From assembly GCA_026713545.1 (NCBI GenBank), contig JAPOOG010000041.1, positions 2,931 to 66,930 on the forward strand: a DNA stretch of 64,000 nucleotides. Reading direction: 5' to 3'. The notes under the pieces were generated by a model. The model had not been told where the DNA came from and did no database searches. It saw nothing but the letters and a program-made list of their open reading frames with translations. The stretch comes from Bryobacterales bacterium (GTDB lineage: Bacteria > Acidobacteriota > Terriglobia > Bryobacterales > UBA6623). Position 1 is the stretch's first letter, and every line of letters begins with the position of its first letter. Positions 28,500 to 37,452 of the stretch are shown here, one piece after another. The position numbers were made by a program, and so were the translations under genes.

Positions 28500-29681
28500 A
28501 TGTCGTTCATCAGCGTACCCGAAGCTCTCGAAGAGATCCTCGCCGGCCGCCAAATGGTCATCGTTGATGACGAGGATCGCGAAAACGAAGGCGACCTGAT
28601 GATCGCCGCCGAGAAGGTCACCCACGAGGCGATCAACTTCATGGCCACGCACGGCCGCGGATTGATCTGTCTCGCTTTGACCGAAGAGCGGCTCGACCAT
28701 CTGCGGATCCCGTTGATGACGGAGCGCAACACGTCACGGCTTGGGACGGCCTTCTGCGAATCCATTGACGCCGCACAAGGCGTGACGACGGGCATCTCGG
28801 CCGCTGACCGCGCCCGCACCATCCTGACCGCGATCGATCCGGCGACGACCCCCTCTGACTTGGCGCGCCCCGGCCACATCCCTCCGTTGCGGGCACGCAA
28901 AGGCGGAGTCCTCGTGCGCGCTGGACAGACGGAGGCATCGGTTGATCTCGCTCGTCTGGCCGGTCTCATCCCCGCCGGTGTGATCTGCGAAATCATGAAC
29001 GAAGACGGGACGATGGCTCGTGTCCCGCAACTCAAGAAGTTCTGCGAGCGGCATGATTTACGCATGTTGTCGGTCGCGGAGGTCATCCGCTACCGCCTCG
29101 AGCATGAGCGATACGTCGAGCGCTTCGCCGAGGGGGTTCTTCAGACCCGCTTCGGCGAGTTCCGCACCATCGCCTATCGTAGCGAGATCGATGACGAAAC
29201 CCACCTGGCTCTCACCTATGGTGATGTCGAGGGCGCACAGGCAATTCTTGTACGCATGCATTCGCGAGATCTCATGGGCGACGTTTTCCACTCCTCTGAA
29301 TACCCGTCTCACCGGGTTATCGAACGTTCGATGGAGCGCATCGCGGAAGAGGGTCGCGGCGTGCTCGTTTACTTGCATCAAACCGGGCTGGGATACGGAT
29401 TGGAGAGCCTCCCCGACGGCAACCGCCGGATCGTCCCGCACGCTAAGGATTCTCTGCGCGAAGACGGCACGGACGGTGAGCGCCGACGGCAGTATCAGGT
29501 AGGCATCGGCGCGCAGATTCTCCGTGATCTCGGTCTTGGAAAGATTCGTCTGCTCACTAACCACCCACGCAAAGTGGTTGCCCTCGAAGGTTTCGGCGTG
29601 ACGATCGTCGAGCAGATTCCCGTCCTGTCAGTCCGTGGTGAAACCCCGCGTAGCACCGAGAGCGTCGAGGCTCCCGGCTGA
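28500..29681 (+). CDS. ribB: 3,4-dihydroxy-2-butanone-4-phosphate synthase fused to a degenerate GTP cyclohydrolase II domain (RibBX-type)
   Basis: VDDEDRENEGDL, GVTTGISAADRA, LARPGH and RAGQTEASVDL. The C-terminal domain lacks the Zn-binding cysteines (HSRDLMGDVFHSSEYPS versus HSECLTGD...RCDC). Confidence 0.9.
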   Translation: MSFISVPEALEEILAGRQMVIVDDEDRENEGDLMIAAEKVTHEAINFMATHGRGLICLALTEERLDHLRIPLMTERNTSRLGTAFCESIDAAQGVTTGISAADRARTILTAIDPATTPSDLARPGHIPPLRARKGGVLVRAGQTEASVDLARLAGLIPAGVICEIMNEDGTMARVPQLKKFCERHDLRMLSVAEVIRYRLEHERYVERFAEGVLQTRFGEFRTIAYRSEIDDETHLALTYGDVEGAQAILVRMHSRDLMGDVFHSSEYPSHRVIERSMERIAEEGRGVLVYLHQTGLGYGLESLPDGNRRIVPHAKDSLREDGTDGERRRQYQVGIGAQILRDLGLGKIRLLTNHPRKVVALEGFGVTIVEQIPVLSVRGETPRSTESVEAPG

Positions 29682-29790
29682 CGAGGCGCGACGAGGGAGC
29701 ATATTTGGACATATTCGACCGAGGAGCAACGCTGTTCAGCCGGGATGCATCGCCGCTTGAATGCAGGGGGCTTTTGCCACGGGCTGCTAG
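29628..29790. mobile_element. MITE, family 1 short form, copy 2 (overlaps the ribB 3' end)
   Basis: TCAGTCCGTGGTGAAACCCC ... GGGGCTTTTGCCACGGGCTGCTAG; near-identical in layout to 8163-8322. Confidence 0.8.
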
Positions 29791-29941
29791 AGACCGCAAC
29801 CTCGGTCCGGTTCGACTGAATACCTCTTTTTTCGTTAGCCGAGGCAGTTACAACGTCATGCGCGGCTGTGACCTCGGAGCAACTCTATTCGGTTGGGCGG
29901 AATCGGTGTAGCGGTTGAATCGCACATCGATTCCAAGACAC

Positions 29942-29978
29942 AAAAAGCCGGCAGGCTCCATGCCTGCCGGCTTTCTTT
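29942..29978. terminator. Intrinsic terminator (probably bidirectional) downstream of the Spy/CpxP gene
   Basis: AAAGCCGGCAGG-CTCCATG-CCTGCCGGCTTT forms a perfect 12-bp stem with A/T tracts on both sides. Confidence 0.8.
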
Positions 29979-30012
29979 ATCTGTGTTGTCGGAGAAACCT
30001 GAGTTGCCTTGC

Positions 30013-30594
30013 TCAGACCGGTCCTCGTCGGGTTTGCGCACCCGGCCGCGTCCCGATCCGTGCCCCTCGTCGGTTCCCGCCGCTCCTCGGGCTTCGTGGG
30101 CTTCGGCCGAAGCCGCGCCTTCCGAAACCGCCTCCGGGCGCGGCCAGCAAGTTGGCTCCGACTGCCTGTCGTGCGATTTGCTGTAACGCAAGCGCCTGTT
30201 CGAGTTCGGCCAGCGAAGCTTGCTGTTTTTCGTCGAGCAAGGCAACCGCCTCTGCCCGTGATGCTTCCCGCGCCGCTTTGACTTGATCAGTGAGTTCCCT
30301 CATTTCGACGTTCAGTTTGCCGATCGTATCCGCGTTCGGTGTCTCCGACCGCATTTGTTCACGAATCTGATTGCGCTTCTCTCGGATCTTCTCCGCCAGT
30401 GACCGGGTCTCTTTGCGGAGCGCCTGCCGGTTGGCCCTCAAAGCCTCCTTCTGCTGTTCGTTCAATTGGAGATGCGCTTGGAGCGCTTCGCCTCGTGAAC
30501 CGCGCTGACCTGACGGCTTTTCCGGTCTCTGACCTTGCGCCAACGCCGGAGCTGAAAATAGAACTGCTGTCAAGAATGCAGTCAAGAATTTCAT
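30013..30594 (-). CDS. Spy/CpxP family periplasmic chaperone / heavy-metal-sensor-like protein
   Basis: Signal peptide, LQLNEQQKEAL (LTxxQ-like), helical coiled-coil body and LLDEKQQ. Lies downstream of a two-component system. Confidence 0.75.
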   Translation of the reverse strand: MKFLTAFLTAVLFSAPALAQGQRPEKPSGQRGSRGEALQAHLQLNEQQKEALRANRQALRKETRSLAEKIREKRNQIREQMRSETPNADTIGKLNVEMRELTDQVKAAREASRAEAVALLDEKQQASLAELEQALALQQIARQAVGANLLAAPGGGFGRRGFGRSPRSPRSGGNRRGARIGTRPGAQTRRGPV

Positions 30595-30817
30595 TGCCTC
30601 ATCCTCCTTCAGTTAGATAGCTCGATGTGTACGTCGCTTCTGTTTCATTAGACGCTACGGGAGATCGGAAGGATATGGGAGCGAAGTTAAATCGAAGTAA
30701 AAGCTTCTTTACACCGTTTTTACAGCCCTTGGACGCATGCGCGATGCCGCGCATTGCCGCGCAACGCGCTCCTTCCGGCGAAGCCGTCAACCCGTGGTGA
30801 AAGTCCTGCGGGCGGCG

Positions 30818-31543
30818 TCAGGCGCCCGGAGCCACTGCGGACGCTCCGCCGTCCTTGGTCTCGGCGAACTTGTAGCCGTGCCCATGCATCGTGAGGATCC
30901 ATTGCGGTTTCTTGGGATCTTCCTCCAGTTTCTGGCGCAGCCAGGCAACGTGGACATCGACAGTGCGGGTCGTGGGAGTCGCTTCGTACTCCCATACTTC
31001 GCGCAAGAGCCTATCTCTCGAAAGCGTCTCGCCTCGGTGCTCGATCAGATAGCGGAGGAGCTGGAATTCCTTGGCGGAAAGAGTCACCGGCCGGCCGTCG
31101 CGAAACACTTCGGTACTGCGCACCGCGACCCGTACCGTCCCGAATTGATAGACGGCTCCGGGAGCGCGGGTCGATCTCTCTTTACGGCGCAGCAGCGCTT
31201 CAATCCGCGCCAGAAGCTCGACCATCTCGAACGGCTTCGTGACGTAGTCGTCGGCGCCGATCTTCAGTCCGACGACCTTGTCCAGAGTCTGGCCGAGCGC
31301 GGTGAGCATGAGCACCGGCGTTGTTAGGCCTTGCTGCCTCAGGTCGCGGCACACGTCGAGGCCGCTCTTCTCCGGCAGCATCAGGTCGAGGATGATCAGG
31401 TCGAAGCCGCCGTGAGACGCACGGTCTGACCCCTCGGCTCCGTCGAGTGCCGTCTCGACCTCATAGCCCTCATTCCGCAAGCGGTCACCCAGGGTGAGAC
31501 GAAGGCCTTGCTCGTCTTCCACGATCAAGATTCTTTGCGCCAT
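30818..31543 (-). CDS. OmpR-family response regulator
   Basis: ILIVEDE, DLIILDLMLP, GADDYVTKPF, LSAKEFQLL, TRTVDVHVAWLRQKLE and G.GYKF. Confidence 0.93.
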   Translation of the reverse strand: MAQRILIVEDEQGLRLTLGDRLRNEGYEVETALDGAEGSDRASHGGFDLIILDLMLPEKSGLDVCRDLRQQGLTTPVLMLTALGQTLDKVVGLKIGADDYVTKPFEMVELLARIEALLRRKERSTRAPGAVYQFGTVRVAVRSTEVFRDGRPVTLSAKEFQLLRYLIEHRGETLSRDRLLREVWEYEATPTTRTVDVHVAWLRQKLEEDPKKPQWILTMHGHGYKFAETKDGGASAVAPGA

Positions 31544-31546
31544 GGT

Positions 31547-33403
31547 TCAGGCGGATTCGGACGAGGCCGCGCCGTTCGCGGAGGCGGCAGGCAGGTGGAT
31601 CGTAAATGTGCTGCCTTCGCTCGGTGCGGTTTGGACGCTGATTCGCCCCCCCATGGCCACGACCGCGTCGCGCGCCAGGCTGAGGCCGAGGCCGGTGCCG
31701 TGAATCTGGTGCACCGTCGCTTGTTCCCCCCGGAAGAACGGATCAAACACGTGAGGCAAATCCTGGGAACGAATCCCGAGGCCCTTGTCCTGCACCGAGA
31801 TTCGAACTTCCCTCCCGCCGCCTGGAGCTTCAGCCGCCTCGACTCGCACGCCCACCCAGCGATTCGCCCCACCGTATTTGACGGCGTTTCCAATCAGGTT
31901 TTGGAGCGACTGTGAGAGCGCCGCGGCATCGACCCCAACAGCCGGTAAATCCGTGTCGACGGTCTTCTCGAGTCGATAGCCGGCGTTCTCGATGGCGGGA
32001 GCAGACAGATGCAGTGCCTTTTCCACGATCTCCTCGACCCCATGCCTCTTGAGTTGATACGTCTTGCGATTGGACTGGCCCGCGGCGAATTGCAACGTCT
32101 GCTCGACCATGCCAGTCAGTCGGCGCCCTTCGTCGCGAATCAACGTGCCATACCGCGTAACCTGTTCCTTGGCGCCTACCACGCCGTCCGCCAGATTCTC
32201 CGCCGCCGAACAGATCACAGCCAGCGGTGTGCGTAGTTCGTGGGACACGCCGGCGACGAATTCCATCTGCGCCTTGGCCAGACGTTGCGCGCGCTGTGCC
32301 GAGATGAGAATCATCCCCATGCTCATGCACAGCAGCAGCAACACGCCGAAGCTCACGGCCAGGTTTCGGTTCCGATAGGCGGCTACGACTTGCTCGAGTG
32401 ATCCTTCGCCATGTCGAACGACAAGCTCCCACGCCGCCGCTCCGGATGGTGAGAGAACGAAATCCCGCACACCGCGTGGCCGAAGAACCTGGTCCGGCGG
32501 CGGGCCGCCTCTTGACGCGCCACCGCGAGGACGCTGCCGCCCACCGGCTCCCCGGCTTCCAGGCGCACCCGCTCCGCGTCGACCGGCCAGGCGCGAAACC
32601 AGCTCCTCCTGTCTCCACAGCAGGGGTTCTCTCGCGTCGGCCCCGCTGATGTCCGAAGAGTTTTCTGGATGCGAGTGATAGAGGGATTGTTCATCTTCCA
32701 TGACCCACACCTGAAAAACCAGGCCATCCGGGCCGCCGAAGTGTCGTGCGGCGAGTTCAGGCAGAAGTGCATCCCTCAAGAAATCCCGGTCCAACTCGAC
32801 AACGACATAGCCCTGAGCACGGCGGTTCATCGCGCGGCGACCTCTGGGCGCGCCCGGCTCGATATTCTCAAGGACCGCCTGAGCCAGCACAGGACCTTCG
32901 TAAAGAATCGTCCAGGTGAAAGGGTTGATCGTCGGCCGCCCGGGACGACCCTGCCTCTCGGGCGACACGAGCAGCAATCCTTGCAGGTTGCGGAGACGGT
33001 CCGGCCAATCAGCGGACTCGAACCCGCCGCGATCGGGGTTCAGCTCGATCAGGTTCGCTGCACTCCCGGCGTCAAGCTTCAAAAAGAAAACGGAACGAAC
33101 CAGACCCGCATAACTCGACCGCTGCCGCCAGTCTTCGAATCGGCGGGCATAGGATAGCCCGTCGTCCTCCTCAAACCCGAACAGCGACGGCTGGAGGGCC
33201 CTTCCCACCTGCCGGAGTTCACGATTGAAGTCCTCACGAAACTGCCGGACCGAGTTGTCGAGAGCGCGCTGCATGCGGTCGCGCTCGGCTTCGCTGACCT
33301 GGATGCTCCACTGATACTGCAGGAATGCCAGCACGACTACAATCGCCGCCATCAAAGCAGTGAGGAGCATGGACCGGCGTGAGCCGCTCCCGAAGCCAAC
33401 CAT
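31547..33403 (-). CDS. Sensor histidine kinase (two TM helices, HisKA + HATPase)
   Basis: Two TM helices, H-box GVSHELRTPL, N-box NLIGNAVKYG, D.GLGI, FDPFFRG and GTGLGLSL. Start is uncertain (33370, 33403 or 33445). Confidence 0.92.
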   Translation of the reverse strand: MVGFGSGSRRSMLLTALMAAIVVVLAFLQYQWSIQVSEAERDRMQRALDNSVRQFREDFNRELRQVGRALQPSLFGFEEDDGLSYARRFEDWRQRSSYAGLVRSVFFLKLDAGSAANLIELNPDRGGFESADWPDRLRNLQGLLLVSPERQGRPGRPTINPFTWTILYEGPVLAQAVLENIEPGAPRGRRAMNRRAQGYVVVELDRDFLRDALLPELAARHFGGPDGLVFQVWVMEDEQSLYHSHPENSSDISGADAREPLLWRQEELVSRLAGRRGAGAPGSRGAGGRQRPRGGASRGGPPPDQVLRPRGVRDFVLSPSGAAAWELVVRHGEGSLEQVVAAYRNRNLAVSFGVLLLLCMSMGMILISAQRAQRLAKAQMEFVAGVSHELRTPLAVICSAAENLADGVVGAKEQVTRYGTLIRDEGRRLTGMVEQTLQFAAGQSNRKTYQLKRHGVEEIVEKALHLSAPAIENAGYRLEKTVDTDLPAVGVDAAALSQSLQNLIGNAVKYGGANRWVGVRVEAAEAPGGGREVRISVQDKGLGIRSQDLPHVFDPFFRGEQATVHQIHGTGLGLSLARDAVVAMGGRISVQTAPSEGSTFTIHLPAASANGAASSESA

Positions 33404-33607
33404 ACCCGCAGCATACGGTTGATTTACGAATCCCGCAAGCCGCATGGAGTGGAACCGCGGCTATGCTGCAAACCGATTCATCGGAGTTTGCGGGGCTCGG
33501 ATCAAGATTGTCGGGTACGCTGACGGAACCCTTGCGGCCCTGTGGACGTAAAATAGTAAGGTTGAGAAGATCTGTCCTTGCAAGGATTGATTGTTCGAAA
33601 GAACAGC

Positions 33608-34450
33608 ATGTTGCTCCAGACACTGCTGCTTGCAAGTGGGGTCCTCACCGCCGCCACAGCTCTGGCTCCCCCCCCCTCCGCAGCCGAGATCATTCGGTTG
33701 GCCTACGTGCGCGATGAACAGAACGACGTGATCGCTCGGCAGTATACCTTCCGGCAGAGAGTCGAGGTGCGAAAACTCGACAAGCAGGATGTGATCAATT
33801 CCTCCAAGTCACGTACCCATGATGTGACGCTGCTCGACGGCTCCGAATACAAGCGGCTTATCGCCAAAAACGATCAACCCCTCAGCCCCGAGGAGGAGCG
33901 GGAAGAGCAGCTCAAGCTCGACAGGAGCATCCGTAAGGTGCAGAACGAGACACCGAGGCAACGCGCCAAGCGCTTGACCGAGAGGGACGAGGCGAAAGAA
34001 GAACAGCGCAAGTGGATCGCCGAGATTCAGAACACGTTCCACTTCCGGTTTCGGGGTGAAGAGACCGTCGAAGGTATCGAAACTTACGTCATCGATGCCG
34101 ACCCCAAACCCGGCTACAAGCCCGTGTTCGACAAAGCGAAGTTTCTCACCAGGATGAAAGCCGTCTTCTGGATCGGGAAGACGGACTACTCTTGGGTGCG
34201 CATCGAAGCGGAAACGCTAGATACGATCAGCTTCGGCTGGTTCTTGTTCCGACTTGGGAAAGGCTCGGCTTTACGCTTCACCCAAATCAAAGTCAATGAC
34301 GAAGTCTGGATGCGCGATTCCTTCCGCGTGCGACTGAAGGGCCGTGTAGCGCTGCTGAAAGACATCTATCGAGAGATATTGGGCGCGTACAGCGATTTCC
34401 GCAAGTTTAGCGCCGATTCTAACGTGATCTTCTCCGGCGCGGTGGAGTGA
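33608..34450 (+). CDS. Exported hypothetical protein (Acidobacteria-type, beta-rich, possibly LolA/MucB-like)
   Basis: Signal peptide and YTFRQR.EVRKLD...SRTHDV..LDG..YKRLIAKNDQPL, a pattern I associate with Acidobacteria proteins. Function unknown. Confidence 0.65.
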   Translation: MLLQTLLLASGVLTAATALAPPPSAAEIIRLAYVRDEQNDVIARQYTFRQRVEVRKLDKQDVINSSKSRTHDVTLLDGSEYKRLIAKNDQPLSPEEEREEQLKLDRSIRKVQNETPRQRAKRLTERDEAKEEQRKWIAEIQNTFHFRFRGEETVEGIETYVIDADPKPGYKPVFDKAKFLTRMKAVFWIGKTDYSWVRIEAETLDTISFGWFLFRLGKGSALRFTQIKVNDEVWMRDSFRVRLKGRVALLKDIYREILGAYSDFRKFSADSNVIFSGAVE

Positions 34451-34467
34451 ACCCCGCTAGTGTGAAA

Positions 34468-34643
34468 CATCCTCCTGATCAAGTGGCGTTGACACCGGTC
34501 CGGGTGTTTCCCGCTTGTATGATCCGCACGCGGGCGGCGAAAAACTAAAAACTGAAAGAGGAAAAACTGACCTGATACATCCTCCGGATCAAGCGGCCTT
34601 GACGCCGATCCGGATGTTTCTTGCTCGAATGATCCGCACCGCG
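34468..34643. repeat. Family 3 repeat, 1.6 tandem units (~110-bp unit)
   Basis: CATCCTCC.GATCAAG...TGATCCGCAC occurs at 34468 and 34578. The 41-nt tail GGGCGGCGAAAAACTAAAAACTGAAAGAGGAAAAACTGACC is identical to 42961-43001. Confidence 0.75.
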
Positions 34644-34662
34644 TAGCGGGGCGGGGGCGGCA

Positions 34663-34867
34663 CTAGCCTGCGTGTCTCACCACGCGGCGAGGCGAAGTGC
34701 GTGAGAGGGCCGTCAGGACGAGGCTCGCGCCGGGCGGGGGGAAAAGGCGCGCGCAGGCGTACTTGATCGTGCGTTGAGCACGGCAAGCAAGCATTGCGAA
34801 GGAAAAGCGAAGTCATGGCGGTCGTATCGCGTGCTGCGGCCGTCGGGTGGTGAGACATGCAGGCGAG
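34663..34867. mobile_element. MITE, family 2, copy 2 (~205 bp)
   Basis: TIRs CTAGCCTGCGTGTCTCACCAC / GTGGTGAGACATGCAGGCGAG (19/21 match). The interior is similar to 14245-14447. Confidence 0.82.
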
Positions 34868-34971
34868 CTCGGCCACGCGATTCCATTCCTCGCGAATGAA
34901 CCCCGCGGCGCGCTAGAATCTAGCTGACCGCCCGGCGGGTATTCGTCGCGGCTGTTAAATAACTGTGTGAG

Positions 34972-35763
34972 GTGAAGCCCGTGCGAAGCGTTCTGACGGC
35001 TTTACTCGCCTTCGGGTTGGCCTTGCTGTTGCCCGCGCAAGAAGGCGATGTTGAGAACCCCTACACTTCCGCCGAGGACATTGCCGCCGGGAGCCGCATA
35101 TTTCGTTCCCATTGCGCCGTGTGCCATGCGATCGATGGATCAGGCGGCCGGGGATCGGACTTGACATCCGGTGAATTTCGTCACGGTTCCAGCACGGAGG
35201 CGATCTACGAGAACATCGGGGAAGGCATACCGGGAACCGAAATGCCGGCCACCTTTTTTCGCGGCAAGCAATTGTGGCAGTTGGCGGCGTACGTGCGCTC
35301 GCTGAGCGAGGCCCCCCAGAGCGTGGCGGACCTCGGCGTCGCCTCCAGGGGACAGTCTCTATTCGAGGGCAAGGGCGGTTGCCGCAACTGTCACCAAGTC
35401 AACGGGGAGGGAGCCCGGTCGGGACCTGAACTGACCTACATCGGCGGGCAGCGCTCGGCAGCCGATCTGAGGGCGTCTCTGCTGCGTCCCAACGAACGCG
35501 TGCTTCCCAAAGACTACACAGTGAGCGCCGTCACGAAGAGCGGGCAAAAGATCAGCGGCAGGCGGCTTAACGAAGACAGCTTTTCGATCCAGTTGATCGA
35601 CACGAACGAAAATCTCGTCTCTTTGTCGAAGCAGGACGTTTCCGACTTCAGCATCGACAAGACTTCATCGATGCCGGCGATGGGCGAGATGTTCAGCGAA
35701 CCGGAAATGGAAGACCTGCTGGCCTATCTTGTAACGCTGCAGCGGAAAGGGAACCTGCAATGA
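34972..35763 (+). CDS. Diheme c-type cytochrome with a Pirellula/Verrucomicrobia-type heme-binding domain
   Basis: Signal peptide, CAVCH and CRNCH, GPELT.IG, SLL.PN..V, GRRLNEDSFSIQL and SSMP. ATGA overlap with the downstream dehydrogenase. Confidence 0.85.
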   Translation: MKPVRSVLTALLAFGLALLLPAQEGDVENPYTSAEDIAAGSRIFRSHCAVCHAIDGSGGRGSDLTSGEFRHGSSTEAIYENIGEGIPGTEMPATFFRGKQLWQLAAYVRSLSEAPQSVADLGVASRGQSLFEGKGGCRNCHQVNGEGARSGPELTYIGGQRSAADLRASLLRPNERVLPKDYTVSAVTKSGQKISGRRLNEDSFSIQLIDTNENLVSLSKQDVSDFSIDKTSSMPAMGEMFSEPEMEDLLAYLVTLQRKGNLQ

Positions 35764-37370
35764 AAACGATTCGGATGGCGCTTATTTCGGTGCTCGGCGC
35801 ATCGCTTCTTGCCGCTCAGGTGACCTATGAACGCATCCTCGACGCCGACAAGGAACCTGGCAACTGGTTGACCTATTCGCGCTCCTACGACAGTCAACAC
35901 TACAGCCCGCTCGATCAGATCGACAAGAGCAATGTCAACGACCTGGAGTTGAAATGGGTGTTTCAGGCAGACGAGACGACGAAGTTCCAATCGACGCCGT
36001 TGGTCGTCGACGGCGTCATTTACGTCACCCACTCGCCGAACGACATCGCCGCTATGGACGCCGCCACCGGACGTGTGTTCTGGCGATATCGCCACACGAT
36101 TCCTGAAGGCATCAGTGTTTGCTGCGGGTTGGTCAACCGTGGGCTCGCCATTCTGGGAGACAGCCTTTTCATGGCGACCATCGACGGGCGCTTGATGTCT
36201 TTCGACGCCAAGACCGGCTCGATTCGCTGGGATGTGAAGGTCGTCGACAACAAGGACGGCTACGCACTCACGGTTTCGCCGTTGGTCGTCAAGGACAAGG
36301 TGGTCATTGGCACTGCCGGGGGCGAATACGGCATTCGTGGCTTCGTTGACGCCTACGATGCGAAGACGGGCAAGCATGCCTGGCGCTTCTGGACGATCCC
36401 CGGGCCGGGAGAGCCGTACCATGAGACATGGGAAGGCGATTCCTGGAAGCGCGGCGGGGGTTCCGTCTGGGTCACCGGCTCCTATGATCCCGAACTCAAT
36501 CTGATGTATTGGGGCACAGGCAATCCCGCCCCCGATTGGAATGCCGACGTCCGACCCGGCGACAACCTCTACACGGACTCGGTCATTGCACTCGACGCCG
36601 ATACCGGCGAACTCGAATGGCACTTCCAGTTCACGCCGCACGACTGGTGGGACTGGGATTCGGTGCAAATCCCCGTGCTCGTCGACATGGAGTTCGAGGG
36701 CAAACAGCGCAAGGTCATCCTGTGGGGCAATCGCAACGCCTTCTTCTACGTGCTCGATCGAGCAACGGGTGAATTCCTTCTCGGCAAGCCCTTCGCCTAT
36801 CAGACCTGGGCGGTCGGCCTGGACGAATCCGGACGGCCGATCGTTCGCGACGGCATGCAACCCACCCCCGAAGGCACGAAAGTCTACCCCAGCGTTCAGG
36901 GCGCGACGAACTGGTACGCTCCCACCTATCACCCGCGGACCAAACTGTTCTATTTGTCTGTCTGGGACCGCTATCCCAGCATCTATCACAAAGGCGATGC
37001 CACCTATGTTCGTGGGACGCGTTATCCGGGCAGTTTCCCCGAGGGGATCTATCCCGACATCGTCAAGGACGAGGAGATCGGCTTCGGCGCCATCCGCGCC
37101 ATCGAACCCGTCACGGGCGAGCGCAAATGGGAGTTCAGGCTGACCGGCGTTTCCGAAAGCGGCTTGCTCTCGACCGCCGGTGACTTGATCTTCTCCGGCA
37201 GCAAGGAAGGTCACTTCCTGGCCGTGGATGTGGACGAAGGCAAGTTACAGTGGCGCATCAGCCTGGGCAGCCGCATGGCCAACTCGCCGATCACCTACTT
37301 GGCCGACGGCAAGCAATTGATCTCCGTCGCTTCGGGCTTCGGCCTCTTCACGTTCGGACTCCGCGAGTAG
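35760..37370 (+). CDS. PQQ-dependent alcohol dehydrogenase family protein (Acidobacteria quinoprotein type)
   Basis: Signal peptide, NWLTYS...SQHYSPLDQI, vicinal CC (VCCGLVNRG), GGEYGIRG, WGTGNP, HDWWDWDS and W..F.TP Trp-docking motifs. Confidence 0.88.
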   Translation: MKTIRMALISVLGASLLAAQVTYERILDADKEPGNWLTYSRSYDSQHYSPLDQIDKSNVNDLELKWVFQADETTKFQSTPLVVDGVIYVTHSPNDIAAMDAATGRVFWRYRHTIPEGISVCCGLVNRGLAILGDSLFMATIDGRLMSFDAKTGSIRWDVKVVDNKDGYALTVSPLVVKDKVVIGTAGGEYGIRGFVDAYDAKTGKHAWRFWTIPGPGEPYHETWEGDSWKRGGGSVWVTGSYDPELNLMYWGTGNPAPDWNADVRPGDNLYTDSVIALDADTGELEWHFQFTPHDWWDWDSVQIPVLVDMEFEGKQRKVILWGNRNAFFYVLDRATGEFLLGKPFAYQTWAVGLDESGRPIVRDGMQPTPEGTKVYPSVQGATNWYAPTYHPRTKLFYLSVWDRYPSIYHKGDATYVRGTRYPGSFPEGIYPDIVKDEEIGFGAIRAIEPVTGERKWEFRLTGVSESGLLSTAGDLIFSGSKEGHFLAVDVDEGKLQWRISLGSRMANSPITYLADGKQLISVASGFGLFTFGLRE

Positions 37371-37452
37371 GGAGTTCGGATACCGTTCCGAAACTTCGAT
37401 CGAGCTGTCTGGGGACGACTCGGCCCGTGGAGCCATCCGGGAGAACGTACCG

